Below, piece after piece: positions 1-11,300 of a stretch of 64,000 bases of DNA. The notes under the pieces are model-generated. The model saw nothing but the letters and a program-made list of their open reading frames with translations. It did no database searches and was not told the origin of the DNA. The DNA is from an uncultured Phycisphaerales bacterium (GTDB taxonomy: Bacteria; Planctomycetota; Phycisphaerae; Sedimentisphaerales; Anaerobacaceae): contig CAVYYI010000003.1 of the NCBI GenBank assembly GCA_963772725.1, positions 192,001 through 256,000 on the forward strand, in the 5' to 3' direction. Made by a program: the position numbers and the translations under genes. How positions within the stretch are numbered: position 1 is the first letter of the stretch; each line of letters starts with the position of its first letter.

Positions 1-658
1 TATCCGGCCCCGGCCCATCGAGCCTGCTGACCATAAGCGATTTTAAATCGGATTGCAGCTTATCTTTCATCCGGTTCGGCTGCCAGCGGTATAATTCATA
101 ATCTCCGAGCAGCACCATCGCAAGTTCGCTGTCAACAGCGGCATCCGTTTCTTTGCCGTTGATTAGCTCAATGTCGGATTTAAGTTTCGCTACGGTTAAA
201 GTGCGTATTTTTTTCATTACGGCGGATTGACGGGGGTCATGCTCGGCCTGTTTAAGTTTCTCCTTTTCCTGTTCAAGGTATTGTTCGAGAGTTCTGAGTT
301 TTTCCTGCTGGTCTTTGAGGGGGCCGCGTTTGCCGACTTTGAATGGAACGCCGTACGTGGTTAGAAGACATCTGATTTTGCCGGCAAATTCAGCACTCTC
401 CAGCTTTGCCCGTATAGGCGAAGCGAGCTTTGTTTCATAATCTTCCCGGCTGATTGCGGCGCTTAGAGAAGCCCCCAGCGGCAAAGCCAGAATATTTTTT
501 TTCGGTGTGTTCCGTTTTTGGCAGTAGTAGTTCGCGATTTTAACAGAATCCGGCAAATCGCTGTTGGCGATTATCAGAATCTCGTTCGGTTCAAGGGCGT
601 AAATCGCCGATGCCGCCCAAAGAAGCATGCTCGTAATAAAAATTGTTCGGAAATTCAT
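1..658 (-). CDS. TIGR03790-like secreted protein (3' end runs off the window)
   Basis: Not in the ORF track; translated by hand from ATG at 658: signal peptide MNFRTIFITSMLLWAASAIYA, then LEPNEILIIANSDLPDSVKIANYYCQKRNTP...IRCLLTTYGVPFKVG...AAVDSELAM...MVSRLDGP, matching my recollection of the TIGR03790 family pattern. Confidence 0.7.
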   Translation of the reverse strand, partial: MNFRTIFITSMLLWAASAIYALEPNEILIIANSDLPDSVKIANYYCQKRNTPKKNILALPLGASLSAAISREDYETKLASPIRAKLESAEFAGKIRCLLTTYGVPFKVGKRGPLKDQQEKLRTLEQYLEQEKEKLKQAEHDPRQSAVMKKIRTLTVAKLKSDIELINGKETDAAVDSELAMVLLGDYELYRWQPNRMKDKLQSDLKSLMVSRLDGPGPD

Positions 659-694
659 TGCATCATAACTTACGTACGACAATATTCTAATGTT

Positions 695-1237
695 TTAAAA
701 TTCTATACCCCGCCTGGCCTTTACGCCGTTATCGAAGGGATGCTTGATATTATTCATTTCGGTAACCAGGTCGGCCATATCAATCAATTCTTTCGTAACA
801 CCTCTGCCGGTCAGGACAATTTCCACGGATGGGTTTCTCTTCTCGATAATTTTTTTAATATCTTCCAGTTTAGCCAGCCCCTTGGAAAGACAGAACACAA
901 TCTCATCCAATATTATGCAGTCGTAGATTTTTTCCTGTGCCTGTTCGGTTATTTCGGTAAGCGCTTCGCTGATTTCATCTTTCATCTCAGATATTAATTC
1001 GGTATTATTCGGTGAGTTTGCCATATCCCAGACGGTCTCAAGGGCTTTGATGTCTATTCGCCCCGCGGTAAATCTCAGCGCGATGCGCTCCCCGGTTTCG
1101 ACACAGGTGGGTTTTAGAAATTGGTAAATCAGCACCTTGTTGCCGTGCCCAGCGGCGCGAACCGCAAGCCCAATGGCGGCGGTAGTTTTACCTTTGCCGT
1201 CGCCTGTATATATTTGTATTAGTCCTTTTTCGAGCAT
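695..1237 (-). CDS. cobO: cob(I)yrinic acid a,c-diamide adenosyltransferase (CobO/BtuR)
   Basis: IQIYTGDGKGKTTAAIGLAVRAAGHG, QFLK, ILDEI, LTGR, ADLVTEM, KHPFD, GIEF motifs. Confidence 0.95.
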   Translation of the reverse strand: MLEKGLIQIYTGDGKGKTTAAIGLAVRAAGHGNKVLIYQFLKPTCVETGERIALRFTAGRIDIKALETVWDMANSPNNTELISEMKDEISEALTEITEQAQEKIYDCIILDEIVFCLSKGLAKLEDIKKIIEKRNPSVEIVLTGRGVTKELIDMADLVTEMNNIKHPFDNGVKARRGIEF

Positions 1238-1352
1238 GGGGATATATTAAGAAATGCGGAGTGAATTGAAAACCAAAAAATTTGAATTTTACCTTTTTTA
1301 GGTAATTTGAATTTATTTCGGTACTCGTGCTTTGGATTTATTTTATCCTGTT

Positions 1353-1787
1353 TTATATAGCGACAGCCATCATTTTTTGCTGCTGGTCGGCTTCGCTTTC
1401 GGCCTGCTCACCAGGCTTAAATGGCAGAGGCTGGACAAACTGAATCGCCACTTTTCGCAGATAATTATTAAGGTGGTCAATGCGACAGACCCGGCCGTTG
1501 CGTATGAAACTGGCCATATCAAACGAATCATCCTCCCCGAAACGAGGAACACTGAAACGCGTGACTATCTCCTGGCCTGGCGACGGACAGTTTTCATTTA
1601 CGTAGCACGTAAACGCCGCTCCACCGCTCGAAACATCAACCATCTGCCCCTGCGTAAGTGCATTATTAAAATCCTCGGCGAACCAGACCGGCCAGTGATA
1701 CCTTAGTCTTTGCTCTCGTCTTCTTTCATTTGTCATTTCCATCGTTAAAGCCCCGTAAAATTTTTCTTCTGTTTCCGAATCGGCCAA
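1353..1787 (-). CDS. PilZ-domain protein (c-di-GMP binding); true start probably ~1742
   Basis: ERRREQR (RxxxR) and DVSSGG (DxSxxG) motifs. Confidence 0.85.
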   Translation of the reverse strand: MADSETEEKFYGALTMEMTNERRREQRLRYHWPVWFAEDFNNALTQGQMVDVSSGGAAFTCYVNENCPSPGQEIVTRFSVPRFGEDDSFDMASFIRNGRVCRIDHLNNYLRKVAIQFVQPLPFKPGEQAESEADQQQKMMAVAI

Positions 1788-2046
1788 TACCGGCAGGGGC
1801 TTTATATGCGAAAGGAGAAAAAATGTTATAAAATTTCACAGGCTCACCAAAGGCAGTTTTTTTATGATTTTTCGGCAAAATGACAGGGCAGTTTTTTAAA
1901 ATTTATCGCTTTAGCTCCAGCGATGTTCCGATAACTTACAACCTGTTACCCTTATGATTCAGCTTGAATCTTGTATTCGCCGCCGTTTTATATATAATAA
2001 CCTGCTTAAGTTATGAGAAATATTTAATTATTCAGGAATTCAAAAA

Positions 2047-3521
2047 ATGGCAAAACTTACCAAACTTGACGACATCGTATCGCTGTGCAAACGGCGCGGT
2101 TTTATTTTTCAATCCAGCGAGATTTACGGCGGCCTGGCAAGCTGCTACGACTACGGCCCGCTGGGCGTGGAACTCAAACGCAACGTCCGCAACGCCTGGT
2201 GGAAGGCCGTCGTCCAGATGCGGGATGACGTCGTCGGCCTTGACTGCTCTATCCTGATGCACCCGCTGGTCTGGAAGGCCTCCGGCCACGCCGACAAATT
2301 CGCCGACCTGGTCACCGTCTGCAAAAAATGCAACACCCGCAGCCGCGTTGACCATCTGGCCAAACCACGCCGAAGAACACACCGAGCATGTCAATCATCG
2401 AAACGGCAAAGGAAGACGCCAAAGATCTTTCCAAAAAGGTCTGCCCCTCCTGCGGCACCGTCGGCCAGTTCACGCGAGCCGATGGAATTTAAACTGATGT
2501 TCGAAACGCAGATGGGCGCAAATGTCGACGATTCAATGACCGTCTGTAGCTGCGGCCGGAAACCGCACAGGGCATTTTTGCCAATTTCGCCAACGTGCTC
2601 GAAAGCACCCGCGTCAAAATCCCCTTCGGCATCGCCCAGATCGGCAAGAGCTTCCGCAACGAAGTTACCACAAAGGCCTTCATCTTCCGCACCCGCGAAT
2701 TCGAGCAGGCCGAGATCGAATTTTTCTGCGAACCCGGCACCGATGAAGAGTGGTGGAAGCACTGGAAAGAAGCAGCGATTCAACTGGTATCTCAACCTCG
2801 GCATCAAAAAAGAAAACCTGCGCATTTCCGCGAGCACGACAAGGATGAGCTTGCCCACTACGCCAAGGGCTGCGTCGATGTCGAATACAAATTCCCCTTC
2901 GGCTCCGGCGACTGGCAGGAGCTTGAAGGCATCGCCAACCGCACCGATTACGACCTTCGCCAGCATCAGCGCGGCATGCGAACCGATAACGCATGGTACG
3001 AGAACGGCAGAGACACGATCAAAGATGCCGCTCACCGGAGAGGCCGAGGATTACCAAAGCGGCCCGCTGTCATATTTCGACGAAGAAAAGAAAAAACGCT
3101 ACATCCCCTACGTCATCGAGCCAAGCGCCGGCATCGACAGAAGCACGCTGGCGTTTCTGGTCGATGCCTACGATGAAGAAGAGGTCAACGGCGAAAAGCG
3201 AAACGTCCTGCGGTTCCATCCCTCGCTTGCCCCGATCAAGGCGGCGATTTTCCCGCTGGTTAAAAAAGACGGCATGCCCGAAATCGCGCACAAATATCTA
3301 CGACGACCTGAAAAAATATTTCGCCTGTTTCTACGATGAAAAAGGCGCGGTCGGCCGTCGCTACCGCAGGCAGGATGAGGCCGGCACGCCCTTCTGCCTC
3401 ACCATCGACGGCCAGACAAAAGAAGATAACACCGTCACCGTCCGCGAACGCGACTCAATGGTGCAGACAAGAGTAAACAAGCCAGTTGCTGAACTATCTC
3501 CGCGAAAAACTTGAATTATAA
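2047..3521 (+). CDS. glyQS: glycine--tRNA ligase, alpha2 type; split by several indels
   Basis: [87 protein letters not shown] across frames. Confidence 0.93.
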
Positions 3522-3565
3522 AAATCAGTGTTCTCCGCGTAATCCGTGATTAGTTTTTTAGGAGT

Positions 3566-4036
3566 TTGAACTTGATTGTTGACCGAATAGACAATTCGCA
3601 TTTGTACTCTGGATTATCTGCCGTTATCGCAAAGGCTCTGAAAATCCTCAAAGACGATAATCCCGCCGCCAAACCTGACGGCCGATATGAAATTGACGGC
3701 GACAATCTCTTCTATATCGTCCAGAGGTACAAAGCCAAACCCTTATCTCAAGGCAGGCTCGAAGCCCACCAGAAATATATCGACGTCCAGTTTATCGCCC
3801 AAGGCCAGGAACTGATGGGTTTTTCGCCGCTCGATAATCTTGAGGTTCAGGAGCCTTACAATGAATCGAAGGATATAGCCTTTTATAACTCTCCTGCCAA
3901 AATCAGCACTATAATTCTCAAATCCGGTATGTTCTGCATCCTGTTTCCTGAAGATGCCCACATGCCCGGCCTGCAGTTAGGCGAATCTTCAAATGTGCTT
4001 AAAATAGTTATAAAACTAAAAGCAAATACTGAATAA
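3566..4036 (+). CDS. YhcH/YjgK/YiaL family protein (NanQ-like anomerase)
   Basis: EAHQKYIDVQF, G.E, FCILFPEDAHMP, KIVIK motifs. Confidence 0.9.
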   Translation: MNLIVDRIDNSHLYSGLSAVIAKALKILKDDNPAAKPDGRYEIDGDNLFYIVQRYKAKPLSQGRLEAHQKYIDVQFIAQGQELMGFSPLDNLEVQEPYNESKDIAFYNSPAKISTIILKSGMFCILFPEDAHMPGLQLGESSNVLKIVIKLKANTE

Positions 4037-4050
4037 GGGAGGTAATTAAA

Positions 4051-5727
4051 ATGGCAGATGAAGAAAAGAAAAAGCCGGGAATTATCAGAAAAATACTCAG
4101 CCGGATTGGTCTGACGTTTTTAGCGTTTTTAATAATCGCGGGACTCTTTTTTCAGATACCATGGAAGATAACCGCGCTTTTACTTATAATCCTGGCGGCT
4201 TGTACTATTCTGCCTGTGCGTTTTAGAAAATGGTTCTGGGCATCTGCTGGCGTTATTATATTAGTATTAATCATCTGGGTCTTTTTGCCTGAGGATAATA
4301 GCGGCTGGCAGCCATACAAATTCAAGGAAGAATTTACTCAGTTAAATGAAAAATACGCTGTGCCAGAAAATGAAAATGCCGCAACAATTTATAATAAACT
4401 GCTGGTGGAATATGACTCAAACACATTTGAACCTAATTTAACTGACCCTAATGTTGGTGATTTTGCAAGACGTAAACCGTGGTCTGCTAAAGACTATCCC
4501 GAACTTTCCCGATGGCTACAGGGGCAGAAAGATACAATAACAACGCTGCAGCAAGCCGCTCAAAAAGACAGGTGCTGGTTCACAATACCCGCAAATAAAT
4601 CCCCTTTCGACACGACAGCGGGACGAAATTCAACAATAAGACAATGGGCATACTTACTTGCCGCCGCTGTCAATAACGATTTTGGCGAAGGCCGAATCGA
4701 TTCCGCTCTTGAAAAATGCCGCTGCATTATAATGATGTCAAGGCATATATGCCAGCAGCTAACAACTATTGATATATTAACCGGAATCGCTGTCGAAAGC
4801 CTCGCGTTGAGGCAGCTTGATAATTTCATTGTTACGGGCAATCCATGTGAAGAGAATTTAAATTTTATAGAAGCATCTATCAGCAGAATTGAGCATGACT
4901 GGACAGCCGATTTGCCAAAAATTCTCGAAGATGATAAAAGGTCTGCCAAAGAAATATTGAGTGTGTTTTATGAAATAAACCAGAATAGCAGAATAAGATT
5001 CAGCCGTGACCCTTTTGCCGCAATGAGACCTGCAATGAAAAGTTTGACAGAGGATAAGGAGATTACAAGCCGGTTAAACAAAGAGCAAATGGAAAAACTG
5101 TTAAAGTCGGCACAGGAGTTGTCTTATTGGCAAAGAAAATTCTTTAAGGCGTGGAGCATATTATATTGGTTTTGTATACCCACTACACCGCAAGAAGCGG
5201 CTGAAGTTATTGACAAAGCCTATGAAAAATATTACACGATGGCTGAGCAAAATTATACCTGGAATAAAGAACCAAATGATTTTTCCTCATTTCTGACAAG
5301 ACATAACTTCCGAAAAATGCGATTCAATTTTAACTACCTCGCCACAGTCTGTGCAAATATGGCGGAAAAATCTTATAATGATCTTCATAGTATATATTTA
5401 AGAACAGCAGCAGATAAAAAAGGCAGTATAATATTAATCGCGATAAGGCGGTACAAAAATAAAAACTGGCATTGGCCTGAGAATCTGGAGCAAATAAAAT
5501 CTTTCGTGCAGCCTGATACCCTTATCGACCCGCTAAATAATGGTTCTTTTGTTTATAAGCTCACAGGTGATACATTCACCCTTTACAGCAAAGGGGAAAA
5601 CAACATTGATGAAAATGGCCAATATGAAAGCAACTGGCCGCAGGAAGCCAAACCTGATGACAGGTTAATCTGGCCGCCTAAAGGTTATAAAATGAAAGAG
5701 AAAGACGCAAATGACCCACAGCAATAA
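4051..5727 (+). CDS. membrane-anchored hypothetical protein with GspG-like C-terminal motif
   Basis: Three N-terminal hydrophobic helices; C-terminal YKNKNWHWPENLEQI..DPLNNGSFVY..FTLYSKGENNIDENG; RBS GGGAGG upstream. Confidence 0.65.
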   Translation: MADEEKKKPGIIRKILSRIGLTFLAFLIIAGLFFQIPWKITALLLIILAACTILPVRFRKWFWASAGVIILVLIIWVFLPEDNSGWQPYKFKEEFTQLNEKYAVPENENAATIYNKLLVEYDSNTFEPNLTDPNVGDFARRKPWSAKDYPELSRWLQGQKDTITTLQQAAQKDRCWFTIPANKSPFDTTAGRNSTIRQWAYLLAAAVNNDFGEGRIDSALEKCRCIIMMSRHICQQLTTIDILTGIAVESLALRQLDNFIVTGNPCEENLNFIEASISRIEHDWTADLPKILEDDKRSAKEILSVFYEINQNSRIRFSRDPFAAMRPAMKSLTEDKEITSRLNKEQMEKLLKSAQELSYWQRKFFKAWSILYWFCIPTTPQEAAEVIDKAYEKYYTMAEQNYTWNKEPNDFSSFLTRHNFRKMRFNFNYLATVCANMAEKSYNDLHSIYLRTAADKKGSIILIAIRRYKNKNWHWPENLEQIKSFVQPDTLIDPLNNGSFVYKLTGDTFTLYSKGENNIDENGQYESNWPQEAKPDDRLIWPPKGYKMKEKDANDPQQ

Positions 5728-7233
5728 AACTTATATATCGGAATTGAAAAATAAGGTCGCAAGTGAAGTTACGCTTGACGGGTGGCTGTATCAGGGACGT
5801 TCCAGCGGCAAGGTGCTGTTTCTCATCATTCGCGACGGCACAGGGCTTTGCCAGTGCATCGTCGAAAAGGGCAAAGTGCCGGACGACTCTTCGACCAGCT
5901 TGAACAGGCTCGGCCAGGAATCCTCGCTTGACCGTAACCGGCACCGTCCGGGCCGAGCCGCGAAGCGTCGGCGGTTACGAACTGGCCGTAACCGCCGCTA
6001 AGATTATCTCGCCCGGCGGTCGATTACCCCATCACGCCAAAAGCGCACGGCATCGACTTTCTGATGAAAAACCGCCACCTGCATCTGCGCTCGCAGCGGC
6101 AGTGGTGCATCGGCAGAATCCGCCACACCGTTATCGACGCCATCCGCCGCTTTTTCAACGACAACGGCTTTATCCTCGTCGATACGCCGATACTTCACGA
6201 CCATCGCCGGCGAAGGCGAGCAGACGCTTTTCGAGGTGGATTATTTCGGCAGACCGCTGCACCTGACCCAGACCGGCCAGCTTTATCTCGAATCGGCGGC
6301 GATGAGCTTCGGCAAGGTCTATTGCTTCGGCCCGACTTTCCGCGCCGAAAAAAGCAAGACCCGCCGCCATCTGACCGAATTCTGGATGGTCGAGCCGGAA
6401 GTCGCCTATATCGAACTGGACGGCCTGCTTGGAACTGGCGGAAAATTTCGTTTCCTCTATTGTCGGCCGTGTCTTGAAAGACAACCGCACCGAACTTGAA
6501 ACTCTCGGCGCCGACATCGCCGCTCTTGAAAAAATCAAGCCGCCCTTCTATCGTCTGACCTACACGCAGGCGGTCGAAATCCTCACCGGCGACCGAGACG
6601 CAAAAACTTCCTGGCAAAGCAGCTTGGCGAATTGCAAAATCAGAAAGCAGCAGATGGAACCAAGAATCGCCGACCTCGAAAAGCAGCAGAGCGATCCAGA
6701 CCAAGCAGTGGCAGAAAGACAAAATCGCCGCCGAACTGATCGAACTTCGCTGCGACATCGTCGAGTTCGATACGAAAATCGAAAACAATCCCAAACACGC
6801 CCAACTGGCCGCGGAATTTCAATGGGGCAAGGATCTGGGCGGCTCGGATGAGACGATTATTTCGCTGATGCACGACAAGCCCGTCTTTGTAACGCACTAT
6901 CCCAAAGAGGCCAAGGCCTTCTATATGAAGACCGACCGCGCCAACGACAAAGTCGTTCGAGAATTTCGATTTGCCTCGCCCCAGCCGGCTTCGGCGAAAT
7001 CATCGGCGGCTCGGTCCGCGAGGACGATTACGACATGCTCATCAAGCGAATCAACGAACGAGGCCTAAAACCCTGAAAATTACGACTGGTATCTCGACCT
7101 GCGAAAATACGGCTCCGTCCCGCACGGCGGCTTCGGCCTCGGCGTCGAACGAACCGTCGCATGGCTCACCGGCGAAAAACACATCCGCCAGTGCATCGCC
7201 TTCCCGCGAATGATGGACAAAGTTTATATCTAA
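5711..7233 (+). CDS. asnS: asparagine--tRNA ligase; split by indels
   Basis: [90 protein letters not shown]. Confidence 0.92.
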
Positions 7234-8398
7234 CCAAGCGGTTAATTTTATTATAGAAAACTATCGCAACGGTTTGCCGGTTGCCTTGTTAACGAGCAGC
7301 CTTAAATCGCGACTCCTTACTGACTGGTTTGCCGGCAAGGACGTCACCTTCAGTGAAAACCGTCATAAGTATCTCTTTGTCTGACGAGCGGTTGTGGTCA
7401 TAAATAACGTAAATCTTGCCATTGGCGGCCTACACACCATCAGGATAGGAAACGCCGGAGCAGCTCATCGAGCATAAGGCCACCAGACCATGTTTTACCA
7501 TCGTTATCAGAGATAAATGCCATAAGGCGTGAACGTCCTGCACGCTCTTTTATATCACCGTGCTTGACTAACAGCATTTTACCGGAATTCAGTCTGCGGA
7601 TGAAAAACCTTGTAGTCGCATGCTGAATACCGGACGGTGACAATGCCGACCATGTTTTACCATTGTCATCTGATACACTTTCACCAATTCCATAACGCGT
7701 GCGTACCAGCATCCATAAATCACCGTTCTTGCGTTCTATAACCTGATGCTCATCAGCGTTCTTGACCTCTTTAGGGACATTTACCTGTCCCCGCAGAGTC
7801 CATGTCCGGCCTTTATCCGTGGAAACAAAAACTTCGGCGCTATTCTCATCTTTGCTGCCCCATCTGGCCCAGTTGGTTACAGGGAACATCCACTCACCTG
7901 TTGAAAGAACTACGGGCTTGTTTAACATCACGCCATGGGCATAACGATGAGGTTTGGACCATTCAGGATTCTCTGCATCCGGATTTTCTGTGATGATAGC
8001 CCAGACACCCGCATCTGTGCCATAACCAGGGACAGCCGACTGCGCCAGAAAAGCCACATTCGACTCTGCGGGTCGACCCATAGTGTCGGGTCAAAAATGC
8101 GAATATTGCCTGGTATATCGATAACCAGTTTTAGTTTGGACCAACTCTTGCCATCATCACCACTGGTTGCAAGCATCACATAATTCTCAGAATCTTCGCG
8201 TCTTCCGCCGCCGTACCACACAGCCCACAATCTGCCCCCAGGTGCCTGCTCAATGCCGGGAATACCCTGGAACATCCTTAAATTATCAGCATATTCAGGT
8301 CCGGGAGCCATATTGATGTAGGGTGGCTGCAAAGCCGAACTTTCCGCAGAAACCTCTCCAGCCAAAGTAATTGTACTAAAAAATAGTATTAACACTAA

Positions 8399-9307
8399 GA
8401 GCCTATCCGAATAATCCGGCACAGCGAAACGTAATTACGGCACAGACAAAATGAAGCAGGGCCAAATAATTTTCAGGTTTCTTTTCCCACCGCGTCAATA
8501 CGCGGCGAAAGCGGTTCATCCAGCTATGAGTCCGCTCTACCACCCAGCGTCGAGCCTTAAATCCGGTCTTATGTTTAATCGCCTGTGCTTCTTCGCCGCG
8601 CGAACGAATATGAGCGGTATAGCCAAATTCTTTCACCAGGCCTCGCACCTCGCCGGAATCATAACCCTTATCAAGACACATACCTTGCTTTTTCCTTTTA
8701 GTAGGCCTTGGCCGTTTGACCGGAATACTTTTTATGGTAGCCTTTGTCATTTTGCAATCATGCCGATTAGCGCCATCAATCGCAAGGCCAACCGGCACTC
8801 CAGAGCCTTCGGTAAGCAAACTGCGTTTAACACCTTTTTTAGCTCTGTCCGTAGGGTTTGGACCGGTTTTTTCCCCCGCCAAGCGGGGCCTTTGTCATGG
8901 CGCCATCCATTGATTGCCACGACCAGTCAATACCCTTCAGTTCGTCATAATCTTTCAGAGTTGTCTTCCATAGTTTCAGAAAAACTCCGGCTTTTGTCCA
9001 TTCCTGGAATCGTGAATGGGCTGTGCTGCTTGAGCAGATGCCGGTTTCATTCAAGGCGTTCCATTGACAGCCGGTTCGTAACACAAAAAGAATCCCGTCC
9101 ATTGCCTTGCGATCCGGCACTCTTGGTCTGCCACCGCCAAAACGATGGGTATTCGTATGTTTCGGTATCAATGGCTCGATCTTTTCCCATAACGCCTCTG
9201 AAATCCTGTATCTACTTTTTGTTTTCTGCTTTTCCGTTTCTGAATCCTTTCAAAGGCACCTTTGCCTTTGTTTATATCGGCTATTTAAGGGTTATTAGGA
9301 TAGGCTC
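8399..9307 (-). mobile_element. IS5-family insertion sequence (909 bp)
   Basis: Terminal IRs GAGCCTATCC(G/T)AATAA; TAA duplication at 8396-8398 and 9308-9310; contains a two-frame transposase. Confidence 0.93.
8403..9237 (-). CDS. IS5-family transposase in two frames (orfA/orfB)
   Basis: GGGRPR..DRKAMDGILFVLRTGCQW, TAHSRFQEW, SMDG; DRAKKGVKRSLLT, DKGYDS, RWVVERTHSWMNRFRR; frame change at GGGGGAAAAAA ~8867-8877. Confidence 0.9.
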
Positions 9308-9341
9308 TAAGATTATTACATTGAGCTTCATTAGTTCTCCT

Positions 9342-10244
9342 TCAAAGTTTATTTGCGGTTAATATTTTCTTCAAAAGCCTGTCGCAATGATTCGCAAGTT
9401 CGACATAACCTTTGGGCGGAATTTGTTCAGGCCGATGAGTTGGGGCAATTGAGGCACTATTAAAAATCTCATCCCAGTTTTTAATATTAGCAAGGCTGCC
9501 CGCCGCGAATTTCGTGCAGGCCTTTAGCATCTTGCGTCTGTGCTGCATAAACAGATTCACAATTTCGCTCAAAAGTTCGATGCTTCTAATTTTATCGGCT
9601 TTTCCTCTATTGCGAACGAAACTGACCATCGCTGACTCAACCTGAGGCTGAGGCCAGAAAACTGTCGGCTTAAGCACCCTTATCATTTCCAAATCGCCTG
9701 TCGCCGCAAGCAAAATACTCAATGTGCCGTACAGCCCATCGCCCGGCTGAGCGGTCATACGATAGGCCACTTCCCTCTGCACGGTAACAAACATCCTGTC
9801 AACAATCGCATGTCCGGTAACAAGATTTGCCATCAGCGGGCTGGCGATATTATACGGGAGATTCGCCACAAGCATAAACCGGCCGTTATACTCTTTGCGG
9901 GCAGCGGCGATTTTATCCAGTATTACACCACTGATAGTGTGCTTATTTTCAAGAATATCAGTATTAATAATCTCAACATTTTTTTTATCCGTTAATTGCC
10001 TCTTCGCGATTTCCGCCAGGGCCGTATCCAGTTCCGCCACAACACAAAAACCCGCCTTTTCAGCGATAGCCTGCGTCAGCGACCCCGTCCCGCAACCCAC
10101 CTCAAGGACGACATCGTTATTTTTTATATCAGCGGCATCTATCAAAAACCGCATAAGATTCAGGTCGATGAGAAAATTCTGCCCCAGCCGTTTTTTAGGC
10201 TCAATACCCGCCAGTAATGTTTGTATTTCCGTCTTGGTTTGCAT
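9342..10244 (-). CDS. rsmA: 16S rRNA adenine dimethyltransferase RsmA/KsgA
   Basis: KKRLGQNFLID, LEVGCGTGSLT, VANLPYNI, VQREVA, FWPQPQVESA. Confidence 0.95.
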   Translation of the reverse strand: MQTKTEIQTLLAGIEPKKRLGQNFLIDLNLMRFLIDAADIKNNDVVLEVGCGTGSLTQAIAEKAGFCVVAELDTALAEIAKRQLTDKKNVEIINTDILENKHTISGVILDKIAAARKEYNGRFMLVANLPYNIASPLMANLVTGHAIVDRMFVTVQREVAYRMTAQPGDGLYGTLSILLAATGDLEMIRVLKPTVFWPQPQVESAMVSFVRNRGKADKIRSIELLSEIVNLFMQHRRKMLKACTKFAAGSLANIKNWDEIFNSASIAPTHRPEQIPPKGYVELANHCDRLLKKILTANKL

Positions 10245-10248
10245 AAAG

Positions 10249-11299
10249 TTATAACGTAACTGTCCTGGCGATATTTTTTTTGCTTTTAGCCATTTGTATC
10301 GCAAGTTTTATGGCGGACTTCATACTATCCGGACTGGCGAGATTTTTGCCGGCGATATCAAATGCTGTGCCGTGCGCGGGCGAAGTCCTGATTATCGGCA
10401 GACCGATTGTAACATTCACCGCACTATCGAAGGCCAGCAGCTTAACTGGAATCATCCCTTGGTCGTGATACATTGCCACCACGCCGTCAAACTCGCCCTG
10501 AGCGGCACGCAGAAAAAGTGTATCAGCAGGATAAGGCCCTTCGCAGTTTATGCCGACTCCCCTTGCCAGCGCAATCGCCGGCGATATTATTCGCAGTTCC
10601 TCATCGCCGAACTGCCCGCTTTCACCGGCGTGGGGATTAATGCCGGGCCACCGCTATTTTAGGATTTTCTATTCCGAAATATTCCTTCAGCGCATCGTTC
10701 ATAAGGTCTATTGGCTCAAAAACACACCCGATAGTGAACTTATGACGAACATCAAAAAGAGCAACGTGAATCGTCGCCAAAGCGACTTTAAGCGCACCCG
10801 CGACAAACATCATAACTTTGCGTTTTGACTTGCACCTATCCGCGAAAAGCTCCGTATGACCAGGCCATTTTTCGCCCGCAAGTTTCCAGCTTGTCTTGCT
10901 GATGGGGGCTGTTACTACGGCGTCTATGATCCCGTCCCGAGCCGCGTCGATGGCGTCAAGGCAGAACCTTAGTGATGCGTCGCCTGAAACCTTGTTTGGC
11001 TCCCGCAGGTGCGACGGAATGGAGTATTCATCGTAATCAGCCAGCACAACTTTATAAGGATAATCTCTGCTGATTTTCTCATGCTGATGCCTGCCCCAGA
11101 ACTGGTCTATCTCGGCCATATCGGCGGCGTAGCAAAGCGGCTCATTCATCCCAAAAATAATGAACTTCGCAGCCTTGCGTATCTCCGGGTCGTCCAGCGC
11201 TTTGACGACAACTTCCGGCCCGATGCCCGCAGGGTCGCCCATCGTTATCCCTATCACAGGCTGAACAGCTATCGAATTATCAAAAGCCAAATTACGCAT
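10249..11299 (-). CDS. pdxA: 4-hydroxythreonine-4-phosphate dehydrogenase; one frameshift near 10645
   Basis: [53 protein letters not shown]. Confidence 0.93.
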
Positions 11300-11300
11300 T

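Larger units (their letters stand above)
7261..9331 (-). pseudogene. exo-alpha-sialidase/BNR-repeat protein, disrupted by IS5 insertion, an in-frame TAG and frameshifts
   Basis: FQGIPGI motif; Asp-boxes SGDDGKSWS, STDKGRTWT, SDDNGKTWS, SDNDGKTWS; SYPD. Removing the IS restores MKLNVIILVLILFFSTITLA from ATG 9331 with RBS AAGGAG. TAG at 7430-7432 within SYPDGV*AANG. Confidence 0.85.

Noticed and set aside
1238..1352. Cobalamin riboswitch upstream of cobO (and FMN riboswitch upstream of ribE)
   Set aside because: The intergenic regions are short, AT-rich and lack the conserved cores
2047..7233. Programmed frameshifting or true pseudogenisation of glyQS and asnS
   Set aside because: Multiple scattered indels in normally essential genes are better explained by assembly error
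8451..9362. 303-aa plus-strand ORF
   Set aside because: Antisense shadow of the IS5 transposase with no recognisable motifs
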